This document shows positions 10,453 through 20,247 of a DNA stretch of 64,000 bases, in pieces (position 1 is the stretch's first letter; every line of letters begins with the position of its first letter). The position numbers and the translations under genes are program-made. The notes under the pieces are model-generated. The model was not told the origin of the DNA. It did no database searches and saw only the letters and a list, made by a program, of their open reading frames with translations. Where the stretch lies: contig CP181291.1 of the NCBI GenBank assembly GCA_052279835.1, positions 384,001 through 448,000 of the forward strand, written 5' to 3'. This stretch comes from Microcoleus sp. (GTDB lineage Bacteria; Cyanobacteriota; Cyanobacteriia; Cyanobacteriales; Microcoleaceae).

Positions 10453-12318
10453 ATGCAACCCATCAAAATCACCACATTCCAAGCTTTGCGCCGCAGTCTG
10501 GGCCTCATAATCAAAGCCGCACCGATCGAACTCCGCAATTTAATCTTACTCAACATCGTTCGCGGTGCAGCCCCATCTGGCGTGCTATTTTTAGATAAAT
10601 TAATCATTGATGAAGTATCTCGGTTGCTGTCGCAAACCCAAACAGCACAACCCTTTGCTTTGATGCTTTCTCAGCCAATTTTGCTGTGGAGTATTGTGGG
10701 AGTCTTAAGCCTCAAATTAATCGGCGATTCCATCGATAGCATGAGTTCCTTTACAGTTACCTCTTTGCGCGATCGCCTTCAAGGCGCAGTTGAAGGAAAA
10801 GTTCTCGAAAAAGTCGCCAATTTCGACGATATCGCCCTGTTTGAAAACCCCGAATTATTAAATATTGTAGAACTCGCAAAAACCGGAGTATCTAAAGTAC
10901 AGCAACTAGCATTTACCCTCAGCATGACTATCACGGGAATTTTTATTTTTATTCCATCTGTCAGCATTGCTGCTGCTATAGCTTGGTGGGTGCCTCTGCT
11001 GATAGTAATTTCATCTATTCCCTCAATTTATATCGAAAGAAAATATACCAAAATCATCTGGAGAATTCAAAAAAAGCAAGCTAAAATCAGTCGCGAGATG
11101 AACTTGTCAGCTAGAGTGTTGACTGGCGAAGAATACGCTAAGGAATTGCGTTTGTTTGGCTTGCAAGAACTTTGGCTAAAACGCTGGCAAGGTCAGTTTG
11201 TGCAGTATTTTAGCGAGATGCAGGCAATTAGAAAAAAAGGAGCAATTGTTGTTCTGTTGTGGTCAATTATTAGTAGAATAGGAGTAGCTTTGCCCTTTGT
11301 TTATATAGTAATGGGAGCTTTGGGCCGGCGCTATACTTTGGGGGATTTGGCACTTTATTCGGGTTTGATTGTCCAGGTGGAACAAAGTTTGCAATTGCTG
11401 ATAGGGAATTACACTAATTTGTATGATATTTCTCTCAGCGTTACTCCGATTTTTCAATTGTTGGATCTCAAGCCGGAATTGCAATCTCCCCTTGGGGATG
11501 TGGCGTCTCGCCTGCCTAGTTTACCAGAGGGCGGGCAAGATGCCAGTGCCACAATAGATAAAATTGGGATCGAGATCCAGCATCTTTCTTTCTGCTATCC
11601 CGGTAGCACTAAAAACACAGTTACAGATATCAACTTAACGATTAATCCGGGTGAAATGCTTGTGCTTGTCGGTGAAAATGGTGCGGGTAAAACTACCCTT
11701 GGCAAACTCCTCGGCAGACTCTACGATCCTACTGAAGGCGCGATCGCCTGGAACAACAAAGATTTGCGATCGTACCCTCTAGCATACGTGCGATCGCGCA
11801 TCGCCGTCGTCATGCAAGATTACGCCCGTTTCCCCTCCACAGTCCGCGAAAACGTCGGTTTCGGCGACTTGCTTTCACTGTCGGATGACACCGCAATTAA
11901 TGAAGCTATTTCCGAAGCAGGAATTAGCGCAAAAGTCAATAGTCTTTCCGCAGGTTTAGAGACTCCGTTGGGGAAACAATTAGAAGACGGCATCGACTTA
12001 TCGGGGGGACAATGGCAGAGAATTGCGATCGCCCGTGCCTTAATGCGGCTTGACACCGCCGAAGTGCTGATTTTTGACGAACCAACCGCCGCCCTCGACC
12101 CCAAGACAGAACACGAAATTTACAGCATCTTCCGCCAAATAGCCGCCGGGAAAACCACAGTAGTCATCAGTCACAGATTGGGCTTAGCAAAAATAGCCGA
12201 TCGCATCGCCGTAATGGAAAACGGTAAAATAGCCGAAATTGGAACTCACGACGAATTGATAGCATCAAACGGAATTTACTGCTCAATGTTTACCCGTCAA
12301 GCCAGCAGCTATATTTAG
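10453..12318 (+). CDS. ABC exporter, fused permease/ATP-binding protein
   Basis: Membrane N-half; Walker A GENGAGKT, signature LSGGQWQR, Walker B LIFDEPT, H-loop ISHRL. Confidence 0.95.
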   Translation: MQPIKITTFQALRRSLGLIIKAAPIELRNLILLNIVRGAAPSGVLFLDKLIIDEVSRLLSQTQTAQPFALMLSQPILLWSIVGVLSLKLIGDSIDSMSSFTVTSLRDRLQGAVEGKVLEKVANFDDIALFENPELLNIVELAKTGVSKVQQLAFTLSMTITGIFIFIPSVSIAAAIAWWVPLLIVISSIPSIYIERKYTKIIWRIQKKQAKISREMNLSARVLTGEEYAKELRLFGLQELWLKRWQGQFVQYFSEMQAIRKKGAIVVLLWSIISRIGVALPFVYIVMGALGRRYTLGDLALYSGLIVQVEQSLQLLIGNYTNLYDISLSVTPIFQLLDLKPELQSPLGDVASRLPSLPEGGQDASATIDKIGIEIQHLSFCYPGSTKNTVTDINLTINPGEMLVLVGENGAGKTTLGKLLGRLYDPTEGAIAWNNKDLRSYPLAYVRSRIAVVMQDYARFPSTVRENVGFGDLLSLSDDTAINEAISEAGISAKVNSLSAGLETPLGKQLEDGIDLSGGQWQRIAIARALMRLDTAEVLIFDEPTAALDPKTEHEIYSIFRQIAAGKTTVVISHRLGLAKIADRIAVMENGKIAEIGTHDELIASNGIYCSMFTRQASSYI

Positions 12319-12396
12319 TCATTAGTCAGCAGTCATCAGTCATTAGTTATTCATGCCCAATTCCCCATTCCCAATTCCCCATTCCCAATTCCCCAA
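12316..12396. repeat. Heptamer STRR arrays (TCATTAG-type and CCCAATT/CCCCATT-type)
   Basis: Directly visible tandem 7-mers. Confidence 0.85.
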
Positions 12397-12399
12397 TGA

Positions 12400-12828
12400 C
12401 TATCTTCCAGTCAGCGTATCCGCATAAGGATCGGGCAAAGCTTGCTGCACTTCCAAAACTGACAAAGCATCCCCAGTCAACTTTGTACTGCTATTTAAAT
12501 AATTTTTTTTTACCCCATCACCCTTGCGATCGCGCTCTTGCAAATGAGATAATTCCTCTTGATAAACAGCCACAATTCGCGCCAAACTCGCAGCCAAATC
12601 ATCCCAATTATCATCCGTTCCTAACTTCTCAGAAATCCCCTCAAATAACTCTCCAGCTTGCCTTTTTTGCACGTAAGCTTTCAAAAGCTTTCCCGACTTT
12701 TGCAAAACCGCCTGATAAATGTCCCCATCAGACCACCACAGCCCCTGTTGACTCAGCAGCCAAGTCAAAATATACTCGCGAGCGTGTTGCTCCTTCACCC
12801 AGGCCGCGAGATACTGCAAATCTTCCAT
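12400..12828 (-). CDS. Hypothetical protein
   Basis: 142-aa ATG ORF with protein-like composition; preceded by AGGAG. Confidence 0.6.
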   Translation of the reverse strand: MEDLQYLAAWVKEQHAREYILTWLLSQQGLWWSDGDIYQAVLQKSGKLLKAYVQKRQAGELFEGISEKLGTDDNWDDLAASLARIVAVYQEELSHLQERDRKGDGVKKNYLNSSTKLTGDALSVLEVQQALPDPYADTLTGR

Positions 12829-13117
12829 AGTGACAGTCTCCTAACTTTTTTCTAAAATTTTGGCTAGTTTGTATCTACCGTTACTGCGATCGATTTAATA
12901 TCTGCTCTATTATCACCTACCGATCTCTTTAATATCCCTTAAATCTTAAAAAAACCCTACTGATTCACCAAACATCAATTTTTAGCATATAAAAATACAC
13001 TTAAACTGACATCAAGTCTATTGTTCGATACTTTCTGTCCACAGGAAAGCGCTAAACCCCGCCTCGCTTTCCTCTCTCGCAAACCTATCATCAAACGGAA
13101 CCAGCGGATTACTTAGC

Positions 13118-14572
13118 ATGACAAAGCAAAATTTTGGTTTAATCGGTCTAGCAGTGATGGGCGAAAACCTAGCCCTCAACGTCGAAAGCAGAGGCTTCTC
13201 TGTAGCTGTGTACAACCGCACAGGAGCTAAAACCGACGAATTCATGGCGAAACGCGCCCCCGGCAAAAACATTGTAGCCGCCAAGACTCTGACAGAATTC
13301 GTAGATGCCCTAGAAACCCCACGCCGCATCTTAGTAATGGTACAAGCTGGCAAACCAGTCGATGCAGTCATCGACCAGCTCAAACCCATGCTGTCACCGG
13401 GTGACATGATTATTGACGGCGGCAACTCCCTCTACGATGACACCGAACGTCGCACCAAAGATTTAGAAGCTGCGGGACTGGGATTTGTGGGCATGGGCAT
13501 CAGTGGCGGCGAAGAAGGCGCGCTGAATGGTGCTAGCTTGATGCCCGGTGGCACCCACGCTGCTTACGCCATACTAGAGCCAATTCTGACTAAAATTGCG
13601 GCTCAAGTAGATGACGGTCCCTGCGTCACATTCATTGGCCCTGGTGGCGCTGGTCACTACGTGAAGATGGTGCACAACGGGATTGAGTACGGGGATATGC
13701 AGCTTATTGCTGAAGCCTACGATTTGCTCAAAAACGTGGCTGGATTGGACGGTAAGCAGTTGCAGGAAGTTTTTGCCGAATGGAATACCACTGACGAACT
13801 CAACTCGTTTTTGATTGAAATTACGGCTAATATTTTCAAGTACATTGACTCGGAAACTAAGCAGCCCTTAGTTGAGGTGATTATGGATGCAGCGGGCCAA
13901 AAAGGTACTGGCCGCTGGACTGTAATGAGTGCTTTGGAATTGGGGGTGAGCATTCCGACAATTATTGCTGCTGTGAATGCCAGAATCATGTCTTCTTATA
14001 AGGCTGAGCGTGTCAAAGCTTCCCAAGAACTAACAGGGCCTAGCGCCAAGTATGAAGGCGATACTAAAGAGTTTGTCAACAAAGTTCGCGATGCTCTTTA
14101 CTGCTCCAAAATTTGCTCCTACGCGCAAGGCATGGCGCTGTTGAGCGCGGCCTCGAAGTCGTATAATTATGACCTTAGTTTGAGCGAAATTTCCCGGATT
14201 TGGAAGGGTGGCTGTATCATTCGGGCTGGCTTTTTGGATAAGATTAAAAAAGCTTTCAAGGACGATCCTGCATTGCCGAATTTGCTGTTAGCGCCGGAGT
14301 TTAAACAGAGTATTCTCGATCGCCAATCAGCTTGGCGGGAAGTGTTATCTACGGCTAGCCTGCTGGGTATCGCTGTACCGGCCTTCAGCGCGTCCCTGGA
14401 CTATTTCGATAGCTACCGCCGCGAAAGATTGCCGCAAAACCTGACGCAAGCGCAGCGGGATTATTTCGGGGCTCACACCTACGAGCGCATCGACAAGCCG
14501 CGCGGTGAATTCTTCCACTCTGAGTGGACGCAGGCTGCTCAAGAGTCGCTGCAAACTGGAACTACTGATTAA
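13118..14572 (+). CDS. gnd: 6-phosphogluconate dehydrogenase, decarboxylating
   Basis: GLIGLAVMGENL, GISGGEEGA, KMVHNGIEYGDMQ, QRDYFGAH. Confidence 0.98.
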   Translation: MTKQNFGLIGLAVMGENLALNVESRGFSVAVYNRTGAKTDEFMAKRAPGKNIVAAKTLTEFVDALETPRRILVMVQAGKPVDAVIDQLKPMLSPGDMIIDGGNSLYDDTERRTKDLEAAGLGFVGMGISGGEEGALNGASLMPGGTHAAYAILEPILTKIAAQVDDGPCVTFIGPGGAGHYVKMVHNGIEYGDMQLIAEAYDLLKNVAGLDGKQLQEVFAEWNTTDELNSFLIEITANIFKYIDSETKQPLVEVIMDAAGQKGTGRWTVMSALELGVSIPTIIAAVNARIMSSYKAERVKASQELTGPSAKYEGDTKEFVNKVRDALYCSKICSYAQGMALLSAASKSYNYDLSLSEISRIWKGGCIIRAGFLDKIKKAFKDDPALPNLLLAPEFKQSILDRQSAWREVLSTASLLGIAVPAFSASLDYFDSYRRERLPQNLTQAQRDYFGAHTYERIDKPRGEFFHSEWTQAAQESLQTGTTD

Positions 14573-14603
14573 TTAGTTTTTGTAGGGTGCGTTTCGGCGC
14601 ACC

Positions 14604-14883
14604 TTACGAATTTATCTGGGGTTGTAAATTGTTTTGACGTTTGTTTTTGAGATAGCTTTTAATATATTGGTCGTTAAAGAGCGATCGGGCGATCGTGAGT
14701 GCTTCTTCTCTTTCTGCGTCTGTCATGTAATCATCGCCTTTTAAACCTGATGGCGGGTGTCGGGGATCGCCGCCTGCATCGAGAAATCGCTGACGTGCGT
14801 TAGCGAAGCTTGGAGAAGAGGATCGCCATTAATTCTCCTAATCTGCGGTCTTGTTCTATTCTGATATCATGCGGTTTCGTCAT
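14604..14883 (-). pseudogene. Small hypothetical gene (85 aa when restored) disrupted by a 22-nt insertion
   Basis: Removing 14799-14820 gives MTKPHDIRIEQDRRLGELMAIARQRFLDAGGDPRHPPSGLKGDDYMTDAEREEALTIARSLF...QINS*. Confidence 0.75.
14799..14820. mobile_element. SDR5-like very small element inserted in a HIP1 site
   Basis: GC[GTTAGCGAAGCTTGGAGAAGAG]GATCGC; excision restores GCGATCGC. Confidence 0.75.
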
Positions 14884-14936
14884 AGTCTGCAAGCTCGTCT
14901 ATACGAACAATCTCGCCACTTTGTATTATAAACTAT

Positions 14937-15046
14937 AGATATAGCAATCCTAAATCATTTGTGAATTTCTTACTCCCTCCCCTTCATAAGGGGAGGGTTG
15001 GGGTGGGGTAAAAAACTTTACGACTCCTGCAAGGACTGCTATATCT
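14937..15046. mobile_element. MITE with 15-bp terminal inverted repeats
   Basis: AGATATAGCAATCCT ... AGGACTGCTATATCT (1 mismatch); internal CTCCCTCCCCTT..AAGGGGAGGG hairpin. Confidence 0.8.
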
Positions 15047-15066
15047 CTTTAAATTAATGTAATTTT

Positions 15067-15552
15067 ATGAAACCTTTTCTAGTAAGAGCCGCTGCCATTG
15101 TCGGTGATATTGCAGCATTGGTATTTGAGACAATCAAAGAAGAAGAATCAAAAAAACTTTTATCAGACAGCGGTATTCTGGAAGTGGATGCAATGACTGG
15201 AAAAGAGTTTGAGAAGTTTCTAGAAATCCATTTTAGAAACTTTGGTTATAGTGTCACTTTAACTCAAGACAGTCAAGATTATGGTGCTGATTTAATTTTG
15301 TATAAAGACGGCTCTAAAACAGTAGTTCAAGCAAAAAGAAGCAAAAATCCAGTTGGTATTAAAGCAGTTCAAGAAGTAGCCGGAGCCGTCAGACATTACA
15401 AGGGAAATAAAGCCAGAGTCATCACCAATAACAGATTTACAGAAAATGCTTGCAAACTTGCCAAATCTAACGATGTAGAGTTATGGGATCGCAAAAAACT
15501 CATCGAGTTTATCCTGATAGCTAAGAATTCAGGAGTTATGCACTCCGACTAA
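15067..15552 (+). CDS. Mrr-like restriction endonuclease (Mrr_cat domain)
   Basis: MTGKEFEKFL...GY...DYGADL...VVQAKR...AVQEV...ITNNRFT...VELWDR. Confidence 0.85.
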   Translation: MKPFLVRAAAIVGDIAALVFETIKEEESKKLLSDSGILEVDAMTGKEFEKFLEIHFRNFGYSVTLTQDSQDYGADLILYKDGSKTVVQAKRSKNPVGIKAVQEVAGAVRHYKGNKARVITNNRFTENACKLAKSNDVELWDRKKLIEFILIAKNSGVMHSD

Positions 15553-15640
15553 AGAAACCGGGTTTTTACCGAATCTGCTGGCGGCAACCTGTGTATTTTG
15601 GTGAAAAACCCGGTTTCTCAACCCCCATGTTTAAGTCTTA
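15531..15640. mobile_element. Miniature inverted-repeat element (AGAAACCGGGTTTTT family) overlapping the Mrr stop codon
   Basis: AGGAGTTATGCA...AGAAACCGGGTTTTT...AAAAACCCGGTTTCT...TAAGTCTTA. Confidence 0.7.
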
Positions 15641-15671
15641 GACTAAGCTAAATTACATATATAAATCCATC

Positions 15672-16085
15672 ATGCTGCAAATTTCTAACACTGTGTTCAT
15701 TCCCGATCGCGAAATTGAGATTAGTGCGATTCGCTCTCAAGGCGCAGGAGGACAAAACGTAAATAAGGTGGCGAGTGCAATTCACCTGCGCTTTGATATC
15801 CCAGCATCCTCATTGCCCGATCGCTACAAAGAGCGTTTATTGCAACTCAGCGACAACCGCATTACCTCCGAAGGTGTGATTGTGATTAAAGCACAGGAAC
15901 ACCGCAGCCAAGAACAGAACAAGGAAGAAGCCTTAAAACGACTGCAAGAATTGATTAAAAGTGCGATCGTCATACCCAAAAGGCGCAAACCCAGCAAAGC
16001 AACTCGTAGTTCCCAACGCAAGCGTCTCGACAGCAAAACCAAGCGAGGGGAGATTAAAGCAATGAGAGGGAAAGTCACAGACTGA
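15672..16085 (+). CDS. arfB: Alternative ribosome rescue peptidyl-tRNA hydrolase
   Basis: [13 protein letters not shown] (GGQ motif), RSQEQN, basic C-terminal tail. Confidence 0.95.
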   Translation: MLQISNTVFIPDREIEISAIRSQGAGGQNVNKVASAIHLRFDIPASSLPDRYKERLLQLSDNRITSEGVIVIKAQEHRSQEQNKEEALKRLQELIKSAIVIPKRRKPSKATRSSQRKRLDSKTKRGEIKAMRGKVTD

Positions 16086-16151
16086 GCGATAATATCAAAT
16101 TTTAATTATCATATAATTGTAGCTAAGTATTGTTAGTTTGAGGAAAGAGCA

Positions 16152-16397
16152 ATGACAACTACTGCAAGTAACGAGCCGACGCTAGCTGACGTTATTGAAA
16201 AGCTAGACAAGTTATTGACTGAAGTTGAGAAATTATCGATTGATGTTGAAAAAAAAAATAAAAAAACAGACAGATTTAATGACAAGTTCGATCGCTACCA
16301 AAAAGCTACCCAATGGGTTGTACAAATTTCATTTACTCTGATTGCAAGTGCTAGGATTTTTAGTCTTCTTTGGCTTTTTGACTGTTTTTTTAGTTAA
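16152..16397 (+). CDS. Small coiled-coil hypothetical protein with hydrophobic C-terminus
   Basis: EPTLADVIEKLDKL...YQKATQWVVQISFTLIASA; GAGG RBS. Confidence 0.6.
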   Translation: MTTTASNEPTLADVIEKLDKLLTEVEKLSIDVEKKNKKTDRFNDKFDRYQKATQWVVQISFTLIASARIFSLLWLFDCFFS

Positions 16398-16506
16398 CAA
16401 GGATATTGCTGTTTATCAAGAGATTCTAAAAATAATTATAATATTTGGCGGTGGTTTGGGAAGTGGTTTTGGATTAAAGGGCTATTTGGACAGAAAAAAT
16501 AAGTAA
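16348..16506 (+). pseudogene. C-terminal remnant of a two-TM membrane protein gene
   Basis: Frame reads LGFLVFFGFLTVFLVNKDIAVYQEILKIIIIFGGGLGSGFGLKGYLDRKNK*, overlapping the previous ORF out of frame. Confidence 0.4.
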
Positions 16507-16834
16507 CCTTTGCTTTTATTCGGGATTAAACTCAATTTTATAATCTGTGTAAGCGAGGTTATTAACAGTCAGCGGAAATAAGCCGATCGCCCAAACTCAC
16601 CAAACCCAACAAACCTACCAAACTCTAGCATATTCAGCGATCGCCTCACGCTATACTAATTTTCCACACACCGCATCACCCGATCGGGCAAAATTAAATA
16701 GCCCGATCGCAGATTGCAGAAACTGCATTCACCAAGGCACACTTTACTTATCGGTCATCGGTCGGTTATTTTTACTACAAACCCCACGGCTGGTGTGGGA
16801 AACTCCTCCGTCACACCAGCCCGGTTTTTTTTAT

Positions 16835-16917
16835 ATTATTTGTTATTGGTTATTTGTTATTGGTTATTTGTTATTGGTTATTTGTTATTGGTTATTTGTT
16901 GTTGGTTATTTGTTATT
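16835..16917. repeat. Heptamer STRR (TTATTTG/TTATTGG)
   Basis: Tandem 7-mers. Confidence 0.9.
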
Positions 16918-16944
16918 AATCAAATTATTAGATATATCGCATTT

Positions 16945-17064
16945 GGTGCATCTGTGTTTTGCAAATATATTCGTAGGGGCGAAGCATGACCGCTGTAAAT
17001 CTCTGGTTAACACTAATAAATTGTCTGCGGGAATGCTTCGCCTATGCAAAATCGGGATGCTCCC
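16945..17064 (+). mobile_element. Composite MITE (GGTGCATC...GATGCTCCC shell with GGCGAAGCAT...ATGCTTCGCC core)
   Basis: Second copy at 21289-21408. Confidence 0.8.
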
Positions 17065-17176
17065 ATCCCATTGAGTAGCAAAATATATCTTAAGGAATAA
17101 GACATCCAGCTTCTTATTCTGATATAATCATGCCACAAAATTTAAATTTAGTCAACTAAACCATTAAGAACTACCC

Positions 17177-17758
17177 GTGAGCAATCCACCAAAAATTCTC
17201 GCATTTGCCGGAAGTACCCGGACAGCATCTTATAACAAAATGCTGGTGAAAGTAGCAGCGACTGGGGCTAGAAATGCAGGGGCAGAAGTCACCTATATAG
17301 ATTTGCGAGATTTCCCAATGCCCCTATTTGATGAAGACTTAGAAGCAGCAGAAGGACTTCCTGACAATGTTCTAAAATTTAAAGAATTGATGATAGCACA
17401 TCAAGGACTTTTGATTGCTTCCCCAGAATACAACAGTTCCATTACCGCAGTGCTCAAAAATGCGATCGATTGGGCATCTCGCCCGCAACCCTCAGAAGCA
17501 GGGCTGGCTGCTTTCAACAATAAAGTAGCAGCCATTATGAGCGCTTCTCCCGGAGGTTTAGGAGGTATGCGGGGATTGGCTAATTTGCGATCGCTTTTGG
17601 AGAATATTAACGTCATGGTGATTCCAGATCAAAAAGCAATTCCCCAAGCTTTTCAAGCATTCAATCCTGATGGTACCCTGAAAGATGCCAAGCAACAGGA
17701 AGCCGTACAACATCTGGGTGGTAAACTTGCTGGAATATTGGGAAAACTCAGCGCCTAA
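17177..17758 (+). CDS. NADPH-dependent FMN reductase
   Basis: AFAGSTRTASYN, ASPEYNSS...LKNAIDWASR, SPGGLGG. Confidence 0.93.
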   Translation: MSNPPKILAFAGSTRTASYNKMLVKVAATGARNAGAEVTYIDLRDFPMPLFDEDLEAAEGLPDNVLKFKELMIAHQGLLIASPEYNSSITAVLKNAIDWASRPQPSEAGLAAFNNKVAAIMSASPGGLGGMRGLANLRSLLENINVMVIPDQKAIPQAFQAFNPDGTLKDAKQQEAVQHLGGKLAGILGKLSA

Positions 17759-17766
17759 AAGAGTAT

Positions 17767-18603
17767 TTAATTTCCCAATTTTTTCTGCTTCCAAGCCTCC
17801 ACAAACGGCAAAAATATCGACACCAACTCCTGCCGATTCATCACCAAAGTCGGATAAGAAACTCTCGCGTAATTTTTCCCCACTTCCAGGGGGAAAATTG
17901 CCTGGGAATCCAGCGGTAGCCAAACCGCACCCGCAGCTTTCACAATTACCCAACTCCCAGCAATATCCCAAATTTTGGGAGTAGCTTCCACACCTCCCAA
18001 AACCGCACCCGAAGCCACAGTCAAAAAATTATAAGTAGCCATTCCCAACATCCGTACTTTGCTGGGAAGATGAGGCCCAATTCCCACACTACGGGAACAC
18101 AAATTAAACAAATGATTGCCACTCATTTTATCAGCACTAGGACGAATGGGCTTCCCATTTAAAAAAGCACCTTGTGGGATATCTGTCAAGAGATTTTTCT
18201 CGACAAAATCTCCGGCAAAAAAACCATGAAAAGTTTGACTCAGCGGTGGCAAATGTACGCAGCCAAAAACCGGAGTTCCGCGATACAATAAACCCAGAGA
18301 AATCCCCCAAATTGGAATTCCCCTAGCAAAATTAGTGGTAGCATCTACAGGGTCAACAATCCAACACCATTCAGTATCAGGGAAAACGTGTTCTCCCTCC
18401 TCGCTCAAGATACCATGACTGGGAAAAGTAGAGGCGATCGCACTTCTAATCTCCCCATCCGCCCAATTATCAGATTGCGTCACCAAACTCCCGTCATCCT
18501 TCTCATCGGCTTGCGTCGTACCAAAATCTTGTAACAACTGCTGTCCAACGCGATCGACAGTATCTTGTGCAAAACTTAAAATAGAATCCCAAAAATCTTT
18601 CAT
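17767..18603 (-). CDS. Inositol monophosphatase family protein
   Basis: ILSEE, WIVDPVDATTNF, IWDIAG. Confidence 0.93.
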   Translation of the reverse strand: MKDFWDSILSFAQDTVDRVGQQLLQDFGTTQADEKDDGSLVTQSDNWADGEIRSAIASTFPSHGILSEEGEHVFPDTEWCWIVDPVDATTNFARGIPIWGISLGLLYRGTPVFGCVHLPPLSQTFHGFFAGDFVEKNLLTDIPQGAFLNGKPIRPSADKMSGNHLFNLCSRSVGIGPHLPSKVRMLGMATYNFLTVASGAVLGGVEATPKIWDIAGSWVIVKAAGAVWLPLDSQAIFPLEVGKNYARVSYPTLVMNRQELVSIFLPFVEAWKQKKLGN

Positions 18604-18660
18604 TGGTTATTGGTTATTTGTTATTAGTGATTTGTTATTGGTGATTTGTTATTGGTGACT
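18602..18660. repeat. Heptamer STRR (TTATTGG/TGATTTG)
   Basis: Tandem 7-mers. Confidence 0.8.
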
Positions 18661-18678
18661 GCTGCCAACTGCCAAACC

Positions 18679-20112
18679 TTAGTCTAGTTCATTTTCGAGA
18701 ATAGTGGCGATCGCACTTTTAGCATTATCCTGAAACTCCTGCACATCAACCCTTCCCAACAGCCAAACAGCCACCACCATACCCAGCGCCGGCACCATAA
18801 ACACCAACCCATAAGCCAGCATCGGCACCCCAAACAAACTCCTGCCAAAATCCAAAATAGCACCACCGCTAACCGTCGCGACACCTCGCGCCATAGCCTG
18901 AGACAAACCCCAAGCCCCAATAAAAGTCCCCGCAGTTTCCGCCGCCGTCAAATCCAACATCAAACTCAAAGCCCCCGTCGTCGTAACTCCCGAAGCCAGC
19001 CCAAACAATAGTAAAGCCAACTTAAACAAAATCGGATTACCAGTAAATCCCGATAAAACAATTAAACCAAAACAAACCGCCACCGCCAAACAGCCCAACC
19101 TAATCGTATTTTGCTTACCAATTCGCGGCACAATCAAAAAACCCGTGGCGCTTAAACCAAACAGCACACCAGTACCATAAATAGCATTCAACCGCGTAGT
19201 TTCCGAAATTGGCATCTTAAAAATTTCCCCGCCATAAGGTTCCAAAACCGCATCCTGCATAAACAAACAAATTGTCATAATCAGCAGGAAAGTAAAAAAT
19301 AAACCCGTTTGGCGACTAGCAGTCAAAATCCGCAGCGCACTTCCCAGAGTAATCTTATCTTCTCGATTAACTGCCGACGATCGCAATCCATACCGCGAAT
19401 ACTTTTTCTCAACCCCAAAAGTAGAAACCCCCACCAAAAACAAAACCAGCGCCGGCACCTTCACAAACAAACCATTAATCGAAGCCTGCAAAACCTCCCG
19501 TGGGACATCCCCATCAATTTGTTTAAGCAAACCGCTGCTAATAATCGCCCCAATAATAATACCAACCATCAACATCGACCACACAACACCAACCAACTTG
19601 GATCTATCTTCCTCATCCGAAACATCCACCAACAAAGCAGCAAAAGGAGTCGAACTCGAACAAATCGCAATACCATAAACTGCAAAAATCAAACCCAACA
19701 AACCCACCCAACCATAGGTAGGAGTCGTCCATCCCACAGCCTGCAAACTATCGCCTAAGCGCCACATCACCTGCACCGCCAAAAAAGCCGAAATCACAAA
19801 CAAAAACCCACCCAGCCACACATAACCAGTGCGGTGATGGCCAAACAAAGGCCTAGCATCAGACATTTGTCCAAACCACACCCTAGCCGGGGCGACAAAC
19901 TGGTGCATAGCCAGAGTAGCAGCCACCACAGTAGCCGGAATCGCCAACTCCTTAATCATCACCCGATTGAGCACCCCCAGGGTCAAAATCGACATCATAC
20001 CCAACCCCATCTGAAACAAGCCCAGGCGGAACATAGTCAGCAGGTTAACCCTTTTGAACCCAACAGTGGCAGAATCTGTTAATCTTGAATCTGGTAAACC
20101 GTCGATCGACAT
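18679..20112 (-). CDS. BCD (PucC-like) family MFS transporter
   Basis: FRLGLFQMGLG...LNRVMIKEL, QDAVLEPYGG, GTFIGAWG. Confidence 0.9.
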   Translation of the reverse strand: MSIDGLPDSRLTDSATVGFKRVNLLTMFRLGLFQMGLGMMSILTLGVLNRVMIKELAIPATVVAATLAMHQFVAPARVWFGQMSDARPLFGHHRTGYVWLGGFLFVISAFLAVQVMWRLGDSLQAVGWTTPTYGWVGLLGLIFAVYGIAICSSSTPFAALLVDVSDEEDRSKLVGVVWSMLMVGIIIGAIISSGLLKQIDGDVPREVLQASINGLFVKVPALVLFLVGVSTFGVEKKYSRYGLRSSAVNREDKITLGSALRILTASRQTGLFFTFLLIMTICLFMQDAVLEPYGGEIFKMPISETTRLNAIYGTGVLFGLSATGFLIVPRIGKQNTIRLGCLAVAVCFGLIVLSGFTGNPILFKLALLLFGLASGVTTTGALSLMLDLTAAETAGTFIGAWGLSQAMARGVATVSGGAILDFGRSLFGVPMLAYGLVFMVPALGMVVAVWLLGRVDVQEFQDNAKSAIATILENELD

Positions 20113-20247
20113 AACTATTCAAATAAATACAACATTTGGATTTATCGTACCTGAGATATCGCAACTCGTCCCCATTCTTTCCCAGGCTAGAAGCTGAAAT
20201 CGGATTATTCGTATAAATTCATATAAAAATAAAGAGAATCAATAACT

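Noticed and set aside
16714..17074. ORFs 16714..16989 and 16793..17074
   Set aside because: Read through STRR and MITE sequence.
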